Source: Candidatus Poribacteria bacterium
GTDB taxonomy: Bacteria > Poribacteria > WGA-4E > PCPOR2b
Length of the DNA stretch: 64,000 bases
Assembly: GCA_965215015.1 (NCBI GenBank)
Contig: OZ244042.1
Span: 992,001-1,056,000, forward strand
Reading direction: 5' to 3'
Part shown: one piece after another, positions 28,881-40,319 of the stretch
Numbering within the stretch: the stretch's first letter is position 1
Layout of the letters: the number at the start of each line of letters is the position of its first letter
Program-made: the position numbers and the translations under genes
Notes under the pieces: generated by a model
Database searches by the model: none
Told to the model about the DNA's origin: nothing
Seen by the model: the letters and a program-made list of their open reading frames with translations, nothing else

Positions 28881-30311
28881 ATGACAATTAACTGGCAACT
28901 GCTGATGCCCGAATTGATTATTATTCTGACCTTTATCCTTGTTGCAATTTTTGACCTGTTCGATTCGATTCAAAAGACATTTACCGCCCTGATCACGATT
29001 GTTGGTTCTACAATCGCCCTATACGTTTCTATTGATATGTTGAGACTCGGCACGGAAGGCACAGAATTCAGCAATATGATTCAGGTGGATAAATATTCCC
29101 TCTTTTTCAATGTCATATTCCTTGTATCAACAATCCTGGTCGTTCTCATTTCAATGAATTACTTAGGGCGTCAAGATAGACGCCAAGGGGAATATTACCT
29201 GCTAATTCTTTTAGCAACGTTGGGCATGATGTTGATGGCTTCGGGCAATGAGTTAATTGTTGTTTCCCTCGGTTTAGAACTCATGTCGTTATCGCTCTAT
29301 GTTCTAGCCGGTTATTTCCGAAGGAGTATGGCGTCAAGCGAAGCCGGAATGAAGTATCTGCTGCTTGGTGCATTTGCAAGTGGATTTTTCCTGTATGGCA
29401 TCGCGTTAATCTACGGAGGCGTAGGGACAACCAGTATCCCTCAAATTGCCTCTGCTTTAACCGTAGATTCAAAGTCACCGCTGCTATTAGCTGGTATGTT
29501 CCTACTTATTGTGGGATTCGGATTTAAGGTGGCACTTGTGCCATTCCATCAGTGGGCACCCGATGTCTATGAAGGTGCACCAACCTCAATTGCTGCGTTC
29601 ATCTCGGCCGGTCCGAAAGCGGCGGGTTTTGCTGCGTTTCTGAGAATCTTTATGGAAGCACTACAGAATATCCAATCTGAATGGATTGTTGTCATTACAA
29701 TCCTTGCTGCACTCACAATGACCATCGGCAACTTGGTTGCCATCGCCCAGCGAAATATCAAGCGTATGCTCGCTTATTCGAGCATTGCCCATGCCGGATA
29801 TGTCTTGGTCGGGTTGGCAGCGGCAAACAAAGATGGGATCTCCAGCGCGATGTTCTACCTGTTCGTTTACTGTATCATGAACATTGGGGCTTTCGGGGCG
29901 GTAATCCTGGCAAGGACAGAAGATGGCGAAAGCCTTACCATTTCTGATTACGCCGGATTGGGGTTCAAAAAACCGCTACTCGCTTTGTTCATGACAGTGA
30001 TGTTGCTATCCCTTGCCGGGTTTCCACCGACAGCAGGATTCGTCGGCAAGTTCTACATTTTCCGATCTGCTGTCGAGGCTGGGCAGATTTGGCTTGTGAT
30101 TATTGGCGCAATTAACACCGCAATCTCTGCATTCTATTATCTCCGTGTTGTTGTCGCGATGTACATGAGAGAACCGGAAGTGGAACTCGATTTTCTCGCT
30201 TATCCACGTATACTTATTATTGCTCTAACCCTTGCGGTAATAGGTGTCGTCCTAATTGGTATTCTGCCATCATATTTTCTAAATCCAGCCCAAATCAGCA
30301 CGTTCCTGTAA
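28881..30311 (+). CDS. nuoN: NADH-quinone oxidoreductase subunit N
   Basis: EAGMKYLLLG, FKVALVPFHQWAPDVYEGAP, KRMLAYSSIAHAGY. Confidence 0.97.
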   Translation: MTINWQLLMPELIIILTFILVAIFDLFDSIQKTFTALITIVGSTIALYVSIDMLRLGTEGTEFSNMIQVDKYSLFFNVIFLVSTILVVLISMNYLGRQDRRQGEYYLLILLATLGMMLMASGNELIVVSLGLELMSLSLYVLAGYFRRSMASSEAGMKYLLLGAFASGFFLYGIALIYGGVGTTSIPQIASALTVDSKSPLLLAGMFLLIVGFGFKVALVPFHQWAPDVYEGAPTSIAAFISAGPKAAGFAAFLRIFMEALQNIQSEWIVVITILAALTMTIGNLVAIAQRNIKRMLAYSSIAHAGYVLVGLAAANKDGISSAMFYLFVYCIMNIGAFGAVILARTEDGESLTISDYAGLGFKKPLLALFMTVMLLSLAGFPPTAGFVGKFYIFRSAVEAGQIWLVIIGAINTAISAFYYLRVVVAMYMREPEVELDFLAYPRILIIALTLAVIGVVLIGILPSYFLNPAQISTFL

Positions 30312-30329
30312 GGACATGGTAAATTAACA

Positions 30330-30626
30330 ATGACAAAGCTGACACGGGGTAGCGATTGGAATAGTATGGATTTAGCTTCAATTGGCCTCACCCTTGTGCT
30401 CGCAATTGGCATTGGATCCGGATTGGGTTGGTGGATCGGTGGCAAATTGGGGAACCAAACAATCGGCTTAATTATCGGATTTATTGCCGGGACCGCGGCA
30501 GGATTCACCGAGATGTTTCGGGCTGTCTCCCGGTGGAATAAACGTATGGAACGCCAAGAGCAAGTTGAAAACTCTCGGAACGGAGCCAATCGAGAAGCTG
30601 TAAAAGATTCGGAAGAGGATTCATAA
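30330..30626 (+). CDS. AtpZ/AtpI family protein
   Basis: Two Gly-rich TM helices; first gene of the atp operon. Confidence 0.8.
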   Translation: MTKLTRGSDWNSMDLASIGLTLVLAIGIGSGLGWWIGGKLGNQTIGLIIGFIAGTAAGFTEMFRAVSRWNKRMERQEQVENSRNGANREAVKDSEEDS

Positions 30627-30627
30627 A

Positions 30628-31047
30628 GTGGTTGCCGGAACCCCCTTTGAAGTGGATGACCGATTTTTACGGCAGATTTATCGTTTAACGACCGCTCTTG
30701 CGCTTGTCGCAACGCCAATCCTTTGGGTGGTATACGGTCTGCCAGCCGGTTTGAGTTTCGCTATCGGCAGTCTTTTGAGTTTGAGCGCAATCTTGTCATT
30801 AGAGTTTATCATCCGCCGCATGATTAAGCTCGGTAGTTCGCCACGGACAAAACGTTGGCTGGGGTTCATTGTGTTAGGAAAATACACAGTCATCTTCGTC
30901 GGATTTTATTTTCTAACGAAAGCAAATTGGCTGAACCCCTACACCCTTGCAGCGGGAGTTGGATTGGTGCAAGTTGTAATCATCCTCAAAGCAATCGCGC
31001 TCATGATAGGTATTCTATCAAAAAACAATACAACAGGAACTAAATGA
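30628..31047 (+). CDS. atpI: ATP synthase subunit I-like protein
   Basis: Four TM segments, directly upstream of and overlapping atpB. Confidence 0.75.
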   Translation: MVAGTPFEVDDRFLRQIYRLTTALALVATPILWVVYGLPAGLSFAIGSLLSLSAILSLEFIIRRMIKLGSSPRTKRWLGFIVLGKYTVIFVGFYFLTKANWLNPYTLAAGVGLVQVVIILKAIALMIGILSKNNTTGTK

Positions 31048-31883
31048 AAAAAATTTACACACTATTTTCTATTTTTTTGCTCTCTTTGCTCCCCTATAGT
31101 GTCGGTTTGGCGGCTGAAGACGCACATCGTTCATGGTTAAGCCCAATATCAAGAATCTTACCGGATGATATAGTACCAGAACCGCACCGTTGGCATCAGC
31201 CGGATCTAATCCCTAACGCTTACTTCATAGTGCTGATTATCGCACTGCTTTTCATCATTGCGACGCGCAAGATTAAGCGACTCCCCGAAGGAAAAGGACA
31301 AACACTGCTTGAGTTGTTCGTGGGCGGGCTAATCAATTTTTTCAGCGGAATCTTAGGTGAACATGGAAAGAAATATGTCCCATTTGTCGGATCTTACTTC
31401 ATCTTTATCCTATTCTTAAACTATCTTGGCCTCATACCCGGTTTTCAATCTCCGACAGCAGATTTGAACACGACACTCGCGCTCGGAATCAGCGCATTAA
31501 TCGGGGTTCATATCATTGCGATTAAAGAGAATGGGCTGGTTGGCTATCTGAAACACTTTATTGGTGATCCATGGTGGTTGGGACCTTTGATGTTTCCGCT
31601 ACACGTTATTGGTGAAGTCGCACGCGCCGGTTCTCTGGCGATCCGACTTTTCGGAAATATCTTCGGTGAGGAATCCGTTATTATTAACCTAACCCTGTTG
31701 GGACTTGCAATTCCGGCGATCGCCGGGGTCATCCCATGGATGCCGGTTCAGGTGCCAATGCTGTTTTTCGGATTATTTGGTGGGTTTCTGCAAGCCCTTG
31801 TTTTCTCAATGCTGACATCGATCTACATTGTTACGTTCCTAGAACATCATGATGAGGGACATGGTGCGGAGGCACATCATTGA
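31044..31883 (+). CDS. atpB: ATP synthase Fo subunit a
   Basis: SPTADLN, SLAIRLFGN (essential Arg), LQALVF. Confidence 0.97.
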   Translation: MKKIYTLFSIFLLSLLPYSVGLAAEDAHRSWLSPISRILPDDIVPEPHRWHQPDLIPNAYFIVLIIALLFIIATRKIKRLPEGKGQTLLELFVGGLINFFSGILGEHGKKYVPFVGSYFIFILFLNYLGLIPGFQSPTADLNTTLALGISALIGVHIIAIKENGLVGYLKHFIGDPWWLGPLMFPLHVIGEVARAGSLAIRLFGNIFGEESVIINLTLLGLAIPAIAGVIPWMPVQVPMLFFGLFGGFLQALVFSMLTSIYIVTFLEHHDEGHGAEAHH

Positions 31884-31966
31884 TTGATGGGTGACTTTTG
31901 TTGCTCGTTTATTTATTTTTAGTTTTCTAATCTCAGTTTTGCGTTCAAAATTAAAGGAGGTTTTTC

Positions 31967-32263
31967 ATGATTTATCTCGCAGTTTTAGCTTTTGGGGTGG
32001 CACTCGGTCTACCGATTGCAGTTATTGCTGCATCCACCGCACAAGGAAAAGTGACGAGGACTGCCCTTGAAGGGATTGCACGTCAACCTGAAGCAGCCCC
32101 TAGGATTCAGACAGCGATGATCATCGGTTTGGCACTTATCGAATCACTCGTGATCTACTCGCTGCTAATCTTCTTCCTGCTTATGGGAAAACTCCCAGAG
32201 GGAACGATGCTTCAAAGTATGATTGAGGCTGATCAGAAACAAGTACAAACCAGTCATGAATAA
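31967..32263 (+). CDS. atpE: ATP synthase Fo subunit c
   Basis: EGIARQPEA loop, LIESLVIY carboxylate; RBS AAGGAGG. Confidence 0.97.
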   Translation: MIYLAVLAFGVALGLPIAVIAASTAQGKVTRTALEGIARQPEAAPRIQTAMIIGLALIESLVIYSLLIFFLLMGKLPEGTMLQSMIEADQKQVQTSHE

Positions 32264-32264
32264 G

Positions 32265-32324
32265 ACGTGAAACGTGAAACGTGAAACGTGAATCATAGAT
32301 CCCTTTACGTTTTACGTTTTACGT
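32265..32324. repeat. inverted heptamer tandem repeats (ACGTGAA)x4 / (TTTACGT)x3
   Basis: Directly after the atpE stop; the arms pair with G-U wobbles. Confidence 0.8.
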
Positions 32325-32385
32325 TATACACACATTACTATTCTTACGCTACATACGATACCTCGACTTCAAGAAAATAACTATC

Positions 32386-32988
32386 ATGACAAAATTAACG
32401 TGGCTCTTTTTACTGATGATTATCAAGGTGATATTAATTGTTCCGACAAGTGGATTCGCTGCAGAAGCGAGCACCGGTGACGTGGGACTTTTAGAACTCA
32501 TTGGAATTGATCCGAAAACAATCCTCCTCCAAGCCCTAGGTTTCATTATTGTTCTACTTGTGCTTTGGAAATTTGTCTTTGGACGCATCGGTGGGCTTCT
32601 AGAAGAACGGCAGCAGGAAATCACGTCGCGAATGGAGAAACTGGAGGCGGACCAACGCGAACTGGATCGGTTGAATGCTGAAACCCGTCAACAGCTCAAC
32701 AAAATTGAAACGGATGGACAGGCGAAGATTCAAGCCGCTATCGATGAGGGAAATGCCGAACGGCAGCGTATCCTTGATCGAGCACGTCAGGAGGCAAGTG
32801 CCGAGCTTGAACGGGCGCAATCTGAGATTCAACGCGAAAAGGATGAAGCCATCCTCGAACTACGAGGTACTGTTGCGGAAATTGCGATTGATGCTGCAAG
32901 CAGAATCATCGATCAGACCCTCGATGCAGAGAGACATCAGCACATTATCGATGAATCTATCAACCTCCTTCCTGTGCAGAACACCTAA
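32386..32988 (+). CDS. atpF: ATP synthase Fo subunit b
   Basis: TM helix then LEERQQEI coiled coil; position in operon. Confidence 0.93.
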   Translation: MTKLTWLFLLMIIKVILIVPTSGFAAEASTGDVGLLELIGIDPKTILLQALGFIIVLLVLWKFVFGRIGGLLEERQQEITSRMEKLEADQRELDRLNAETRQQLNKIETDGQAKIQAAIDEGNAERQRILDRARQEASAELERAQSEIQREKDEAILELRGTVAEIAIDAASRIIDQTLDAERHQHIIDESINLLPVQNT

Positions 32989-33010
32989 CACATAATTTGA
33001 AGAATATACG

Positions 33011-33550
33011 ATGAGAGAAATTCGCATTGCCAAACCCTACGCACAAGCATTGTACAGTGCAGCGACAGAGCAGGATATTTTAGAGAGTATTGTCGCAGAT
33101 GTCAATCAAGTCCTCCAATTGACACAAGAATCGGAAGATTTCGAGCAGTTTCTGACCAATCCCATTTTGTCGCCGCAGTTCAAGAGTGAGATGTTTCAAC
33201 AACTCCTATCCGAGACTGTTCATCCGCTTACCCTCAATTTTCTACGCTTGCTGGCATTGAAACAACGTGAGAGATCCTTAGTTTCAATCCTACAGATGTT
33301 TCTGGAGATTGTCGATTTGCAAGCGGGTCGGGTCGTCGCGCAGGTAACGTCAGCGGTTCCGCTCACCGATGTGCAAAAAGCTAACCTCACCCGGCAGCTG
33401 AGCGATTACTCAGGGGCAGAAGTGCGGCTTGAATTGAGCGAAGATGCCGAGATCCGAGGTGGAATCGTTGTGCGATTAGGGGATACCGTGTTTGATGGAA
33501 GCATCACATCGCAGCTTCAACGAATGAGAGCATTACTTGCAAGGGGATAG
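33011..33550 (+). CDS. atpH: ATP synthase F1 subunit delta
   Basis: IAKPYAQALY, VTSAVPL, GGIVVRLGDTVFDGS. Confidence 0.95.
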   Translation: MREIRIAKPYAQALYSAATEQDILESIVADVNQVLQLTQESEDFEQFLTNPILSPQFKSEMFQQLLSETVHPLTLNFLRLLALKQRERSLVSILQMFLEIVDLQAGRVVAQVTSAVPLTDVQKANLTRQLSDYSGAEVRLELSEDAEIRGGIVVRLGDTVFDGSITSQLQRMRALLARG

Positions 33551-33594
33551 GGGTTCGCTAGGTAAATTGCTACGCGATTGACCTAGCGAACCCC
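33550..33594. repeat. 14-bp perfect-stem palindrome between atpH and atpA
   Basis: GGGGTTCGCTAGGT-17nt-ACCTAGCGAACCCC. Confidence 0.7.
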
Positions 33595-33612
33595 AAAGGG
33601 AGAACACAATTC

Positions 33613-35169
33613 ATGGCAAGAAAAGTTAGACCCGACGAAGTATCAAATATTCTAAAACAACAACTACTACAATATAGTCAGCAGGTTGACGTATACGACT
33701 CCGGAACCGTGCTGGAAGTTGGTGACGGGATTGCTCGTGTCCATGGACTTGCCAACGTCATGGCGAGCGAAATGATTGAATTTCCCAACGGTGTTTCCGG
33801 TATGGCGTTTAACCTTGAAGAGGATAATGTCGGTTGCGTCCTCTTTGGCGAAGACAGGCTAATCCATGAGGGAGATCTCGCCAAGCGAACTAACAGATTG
33901 CTCGAAGTGCCTGTCGGAGAGGCGTTACTTGGGCGCGTTGTAAACGCCCTTGGACAACCTATTGATGGCAAAGGGGAAATTAAGACAGAGCATACCCTCC
34001 CCGTTGAACGGAAGGGGTTGGGCATTGTCCAACGTCAGCCGGTGAGTGAGCCGATGTACACTGGTTTGAAGGCGATTGACAGTATGACAGCAATCGGACG
34101 GGGACAGCGAGAGTTGATTATCGGCGACCGTCAAACAGGCAAAACGGCTATCACCATTGATGCGATCATTAACCAGAATTCAAAATGGAAGGAAACAGGT
34201 GCTCAAGAAGACATCGATATGTATTGTATCTACGTCGCAGTCGGACAAAAGGGCTCAACAGTTGCCCAAGTCGTCAATACGTTAGAAGAGTATAACGCGA
34301 TGGGCTACACGATTGTTGTCTCTGCACCGGCGAGTGATTCATCTCCACTCCAGTATCTCGCGCCTTACACAGGCACCTCGATGGGAGAATACTTCCGGGA
34401 TAGCGGCCGACACGCCCTCGTTGTTTATGATGACCTTACCAAACATGCGTGGGCGTATCGTCAGATGTCTCTCCTTTCACGGCGCCCACCGGGGCGTGAA
34501 GCGTATCCGGGTGATGTCTTTTATCTTCACTCCCGCTTGTTGGAACGTGCCTCAAAGCTCAGTGATGAATTGGGCGGGGGTTCGCTGACCGCTTTACCAA
34601 TTATCGAGATTTTTGAAGGGGATCTTACCACCTATATCCCAACAAACGTAATTTCCATTACGGACGGGCAAATCTACCTAATAACAGATCTCTTCAACGA
34701 AGGCGTCCGCCCCGCGATTGATGTCGGTACATCGGTTTCCCGGGTGGATAAAAAAGCTCAGATTAAAGCAATGAGTGCGGCTGAAGTTGCAGGGTCCCTG
34801 AGATTAGACCTAGCCAGCTTTCGTGAGGTTGCTGCGTTTGCACAGTTTGGATCCGATCTCGATGCCGCGACCCAGGCCCAACTCCGGCGCGGGGAACGTC
34901 TGGTTGAACTACTGAAACAGCCACAGTATGAGCCAATGCCGGCTGAAAAAGAGATTGTAGCGATTTTCTCCGGAGCTAATGGCTATTTGGATGATATCGA
35001 AACGAGTCACGTGGCGCAGTTTGAATCTGAACTTTTATCATATATGGAAAGAAATCACTCAGACGTGCTCAAGGAGATTGTTGATACCGGGGAGCTCAGT
35101 GATGAACTTACTGAACGTTTGCACGAAGCCATAAAAAATTTCAAGGAACAGTTCAGGCATGATACATAA
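33613..35169 (+). CDS. atpA: ATP synthase F1 subunit alpha
   Basis: [31 protein letters not shown]. Confidence 0.98.
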   Translation: MARKVRPDEVSNILKQQLLQYSQQVDVYDSGTVLEVGDGIARVHGLANVMASEMIEFPNGVSGMAFNLEEDNVGCVLFGEDRLIHEGDLAKRTNRLLEVPVGEALLGRVVNALGQPIDGKGEIKTEHTLPVERKGLGIVQRQPVSEPMYTGLKAIDSMTAIGRGQRELIIGDRQTGKTAITIDAIINQNSKWKETGAQEDIDMYCIYVAVGQKGSTVAQVVNTLEEYNAMGYTIVVSAPASDSSPLQYLAPYTGTSMGEYFRDSGRHALVVYDDLTKHAWAYRQMSLLSRRPPGREAYPGDVFYLHSRLLERASKLSDELGGGSLTALPIIEIFEGDLTTYIPTNVISITDGQIYLITDLFNEGVRPAIDVGTSVSRVDKKAQIKAMSAAEVAGSLRLDLASFREVAAFAQFGSDLDAATQAQLRRGERLVELLKQPQYEPMPAEKEIVAIFSGANGYLDDIETSHVAQFESELLSYMERNHSDVLKEIVDTGELSDELTERLHEAIKNFKEQFRHDT

Positions 35170-35296
35170 TCCGTAATAGGTAACGATAAATTACCGGGGT
35201 AAGGATATAAAGTAGATGCAGCAGATATAGAATCATAGCTACTCGTATAAAGAAGGAACACATACTTTTTTACGCATTACTCATTAGAGGTTTACC

Positions 35297-36163
35297 ATGG
35301 CAACATTACGTGAAATCAGACGGCGTATCGCAAGTATTGAGAATATCGCGAAAGTAACAGATGCAATGCGAGTGGTTGCTGCGGCTAGGTTACGCCGAGC
35401 ACAGGAAAATATCCTAGCCACCCGCCCTTTCGCCGAAAAATTCAATACAATCCTAGGCCATCTTATCTCTCAGATTGAAAATCCCTCCCATCCGCTGCTG
35501 GAATCGCGTGAACTTAAGCGCGTTTGTCTGATCTCCGTTTCCGCAGACCGTGGACTATGCGGTAGCTTTAACAGCAACGTGATTCGATCAACAACACAAC
35601 GAACCCAACACTATCAAGCACAGGGGGCGGAAGTGATGGTTATTTGTGTTGGCAGACGCACACGGGACTATTTCGTACGGCGCGATTATAATGTTATCGC
35701 TGAGTATGTCAACATTTTTCGGCAGCTTGCATTTGAGACCGCTGTTGAAATCGTGGAGGAGTTTGAGCATCTGTATCGGGATAAACAGGTCGACAGGGTG
35801 GAAGTTATCTACAACGATTTCAAATCCGCGATTGTGCAAACGGTTTTGGTCGAGGGTTTGCTGCCCCTCACTCCTGAAGTGCCAACCGGCGATGAACGCT
35901 TCCTCGATTATCTATATGAGCCGGAACAAGAGACAATTTTCCAATCCGTATTGGCAAAACACCTGAATATGCAAATGTGGAAGGTGCTACTAGATTCCAA
36001 TGCCGCAGAGCAAGCGGCGCGGATGGTAGCGATGGAAAATGCAACCCGCAACGCCAATGAACTCATTGACGACTTAGTTCTTCAACGTAACCGCGCCCGC
36101 CAGACCCAGATTACAACAGAGATTTCTGAGATTGTGAGTGGTGCAGCGGCTTTGGAAGGTTAA
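35297..36163 (+). CDS. atpG: ATP synthase F1 subunit gamma
   Basis: DRGLCGSFN, EQAARMVAM..AT.NA, RQTQITTEI. Confidence 0.98.
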   Translation: MATLREIRRRIASIENIAKVTDAMRVVAAARLRRAQENILATRPFAEKFNTILGHLISQIENPSHPLLESRELKRVCLISVSADRGLCGSFNSNVIRSTTQRTQHYQAQGAEVMVICVGRRTRDYFVRRDYNVIAEYVNIFRQLAFETAVEIVEEFEHLYRDKQVDRVEVIYNDFKSAIVQTVLVEGLLPLTPEVPTGDERFLDYLYEPEQETIFQSVLAKHLNMQMWKVLLDSNAAEQAARMVAMENATRNANELIDDLVLQRNRARQTQITTEISEIVSGAAALEG

Positions 36164-36337
36164 AGCGAAGTGAGAAGTGTCCCCAAGATATGAAGAGGAA
36201 GCGAGCTATAAACGCGTAGAAACCTATATCATCAAAAAAGCAAGGCTGGTTTGGAGAGGTTGGGAGGCCGCGGTCATTGCCGCTGAGAGTCCAATTCGCT
36301 GGAAGCTTCTGAGAAAGGTTTTATTGGGGGTGAAAAC

Positions 36338-36811
36338 ATGCCCTACAACGTCAACAAACAGATTCAAGAAGCAATGGAGCGGGGCGATTTCAACGATTTG
36401 CCCGGTAAGGGGAAGCCTCAACAGCGCGATGATAATCCCTTCATTCCTCGCGAAATCCGTATGGTAAATCAAATGCTCAAGGATAAGGGCTTCGCGCCCC
36501 GCTGGATTGAAGTAGACAAAGAGATTCGATCCGAAAACGAAAAGGTGAAAAAAATAATCGCAAATATCAAAGGGCGGCAAGCACGTTTGGAAGCGAAGCT
36601 CCGAGCGCAACCCCTAAAACGTGATGTGATTCGGGCGATTTTTGAATTAGAACGCACACAGGCATTGGAAGCGTACACTGCTCGGTTACAACAACTCAAT
36701 AAGAAAATTCAACAATGGAACCTCATGACCCCATTGCGTGATAAACAATACCCGCTGCATAACCTTGATGCAGCAGTAGCCTATTTTCACAAGCAGTGCC
36801 CCGGTCTTTAA
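36338..36811 (+). CDS. DUF1992 / DnaJ-associated domain protein
   Basis: IQEAMERGDFNDLPGKGKP...LKDKGFAPRWIE. Confidence 0.85.
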   Translation: MPYNVNKQIQEAMERGDFNDLPGKGKPQQRDDNPFIPREIRMVNQMLKDKGFAPRWIEVDKEIRSENEKVKKIIANIKGRQARLEAKLRAQPLKRDVIRAIFELERTQALEAYTARLQQLNKKIQQWNLMTPLRDKQYPLHNLDAAVAYFHKQCPGL

Positions 36812-36871
36812 TTTCGTCTAGTGAAACCGTAAAGCCTTAAGAAATAGGGAATAGGGTTTCATGAAATTTAT

Positions 36872-37212
36872 CTAATCTTGCTGGCAAACCCCCTTCCTTT
36901 AGCCAAAGCGTGTTGTTAAGCAAAAAAGCGTTGAAGTTACAGGCTAAAAAAGGTATACTTTTCTTGTCTTTCGTAGGGGTTTTCTACCATGTCCAAACTG
37001 CCATACACAGTTAGATATTGACTGCAACTCCGCGGTCAATATCTATCGAGTTGGGGTATCAACCCTTGCTGGAGAGTTGGTAAGTCCGAGCTCGCTCGGC
37101 TCCCCTCGTTGGCAGCACAATTCGACGTCTTAGAGGAACGGGAACGTCTGTTAGGTTGATGCCTAACAGGCCGTCGAGAATTCCCTCCCTTTAGGGGGTA
37201 AGAGTCTGTCAA
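36872..37212 (+). mobile_element. miniature IS200/IS605-family element: tnpB 3' fragment plus right end / omega-RNA region
   Basis: 36990 onward reads CPNCHTQLDIDCNSAVNI (TnpB Zn finger/RuvC-III tail). The right end is GAATTCCCTCCCTTTAGGGGGTAAGAGTCTGTCAA. A left-end-like AAACCCCCTTCCTTTAG follows TTTAT. Left boundary is inferred. Confidence 0.78.
36931..36959 (+). promoter_or_regulatory. sigma70-like promoter inside the miniature element
   Basis: TTGAAG-17nt-TATACT. Confidence 0.6.
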
Positions 37213-37270
37213 GCAAGTCAAAGGCTTACACTTAACTGTTAATCTATTTTATGGGAGAGGAGACCAACTG

Positions 37271-38071
37271 ATGACATTCAAATTAGGGAGTATGCTTCTA
37301 GTTGCTCTGATAGTGCTAGTTGCTTTAATCGGGTGTGACGGTGCCACCAGGGATTTGGTGCTAGCTACGGTACCATCCACGGATGCTGAGATCGACACGA
37401 TGCCCCCGATGGATACCGACATGGATGATGTTACACCTGATGAGGCAGCGGCTCCAGTGAAGTTGGTGTGGTTAATCAACTATCCGCTTGGTGGGAAAGA
37501 CGCCTATATTGCATGGGTTGCGTCTGTTGCACCCACACTGCAAGCCCCCGAAGAGCTCAAACGGGTAGCATCTTACGATAGTTTCTACGGTGAGAATCCG
37601 CATCGGCTCGTTGAGTTTGAATTTGGTAGTTTCGCAGATGCGATGACGTATCTGAATCGTCCTGATATCGCTGCAATTATTGGTTCACTTCCAGATCACG
37701 CCAGTGAATCGAGCACGTATGTATTTATCCAGCGTTCCGATTACTCGAAAAGCGAGAACTCCACCCGGAAGTTGAAAGTCGTTTACTTAATTGACTACCC
37801 GCTTGGTGGAAAAGCGGCGTATCTGGAGTGGGTTGCGTCCAATGCCCTAACACTGTCGTCACCCGCTGAGCTCAAACGAGTAGCATCTTACGACAACTAT
37901 TACGGTGAATCTCCACACCGGCTCGTTGAGTTTGAGTTTGATAGTATCGAAGATGCCAATGCGTACCAAGAACGGGAAGGCATACGGGCTATTAATGTTG
38001 AACTCCCAAATCGAACAAGTCGCGTAGCCCAACTTACCTTTGAGTTGCGTTCAGATTACGTCAACGAATAA
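37271..38071 (+). CDS. lipoprotein with two tandem homologous domains (EthD/DUF1330-like barrel by inference)
   Basis: Lipobox LIGC; the unit YPLGGK.AY..WVAS.A.TL..P.ELKRVASYD..YGE.PHRLVEFEF.S..DA occurs twice. Confidence 0.75.
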   Translation: MTFKLGSMLLVALIVLVALIGCDGATRDLVLATVPSTDAEIDTMPPMDTDMDDVTPDEAAAPVKLVWLINYPLGGKDAYIAWVASVAPTLQAPEELKRVASYDSFYGENPHRLVEFEFGSFADAMTYLNRPDIAAIIGSLPDHASESSTYVFIQRSDYSKSENSTRKLKVVYLIDYPLGGKAAYLEWVASNALTLSSPAELKRVASYDNYYGESPHRLVEFEFDSIEDANAYQEREGIRAINVELPNRTSRVAQLTFELRSDYVNE

Positions 38072-38394
38072 TTGCTGAAACTCGCCCCGGCTCCCGGATC
38101 TGACCTACAGGGTTCAGGGAATTGTGCTTCCACTCACACAAAGTGCCTCTCTACATCAAAAAGTAGAGCGAGAAATTGCTGTAAATTCGCCATCAGATTT
38201 AACATGGTTGAACAATTCCTCAAAAAAATAACATCACTGATTATAATTCAACTGGAGTTTGGGGCAATCGTATTGATTAGGGGAAGGCATACGGGAAGAC
38301 TCAAGAGTTTACGCTCCCGGTGCTCTCCTTTGTGCACAAACCAGACCCTGCCGATAGTATTGATAATATAGACAATTGATGGAAAGCGAGATAA

Positions 38395-39807
<1,413 letters not shown>

Positions 39808-39821
39808 CCAACCCTATAACT

Positions 39822-40229
39822 ATGCTTGCAAAAAGACTACATCTCGAAATCCGAACACCCGAACAGTTGATTTATGAAGGTGACATTACCGGCGTGAGGG
39901 CCCCCGGCGAACTGGGATCCTTTGAGATCCTTGCCGGGCACCTCCCCTTCTTGACCGTGCTGGATATTGGTGAGATTCGCATCCGTGAATCTGACACACC
40001 CCAATCCATCGCAACCAGTGGAGGTGTTTTTGAAGTATTACGCACCGGCGTCACCGTGTTGGCGGATACTGCCGAGTGGGCGTATGAAATTGATGTTGAA
40101 CGTGCAGAAGCCGCTCGCCAACGTGCACAGGCACTCCTTGCCTCACGCGATCCAAATATTAACCGCGCAAGAGCAGAAGCAGCATTGGCTCGCGCTGTAA
40201 ATCGATTACGAATTGCAGGGCTGCAGTAG
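39822..40229 (+). CDS. atpC: ATP synthase F1 subunit epsilon
   Basis: LEIRTPE..G.FEILAGH.P, SGG.FEV, EIDVERAEAA. Confidence 0.96.
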   Translation: MLAKRLHLEIRTPEQLIYEGDITGVRAPGELGSFEILAGHLPFLTVLDIGEIRIRESDTPQSIATSGGVFEVLRTGVTVLADTAEWAYEIDVERAEAARQRAQALLASRDPNINRARAEAALARAVNRLRIAGLQ

Positions 40230-40258
40230 TTTTGATTAGTCAACGTTTGATTAATGAG

Positions 40259-40301
40259 AGGGGAAACAGCCGGTAGGTAAATCTGCTGTTTCCCCTTTTT
40301 T
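40259..40301 (+). terminator. intrinsic terminator of the atp operon
   Basis: AGGGGAAACAGC...GCTGTTTCCCCT followed by a T run. Confidence 0.8.
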
Positions 40302-40319
40302 GCTTTGGGAGAGAAACAC

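Noticed and set aside
25571-30311. 2M-type complex I with an extra NuoM
   Set aside because: The extra membrane gene lacks Mrp/Nuo antiporter motifs and has IT-superfamily motifs instead.
32265-32324. Possible iterons or CRISPR repeat
   Set aside because: Unspaced 7-mers forming an inverted pair; no rep or cas gene nearby.
38278-38350. Possible ncRNA or riboswitch upstream of atpD
   Set aside because: Only one imperfect hairpin, with no recognisable aptamer consensus.
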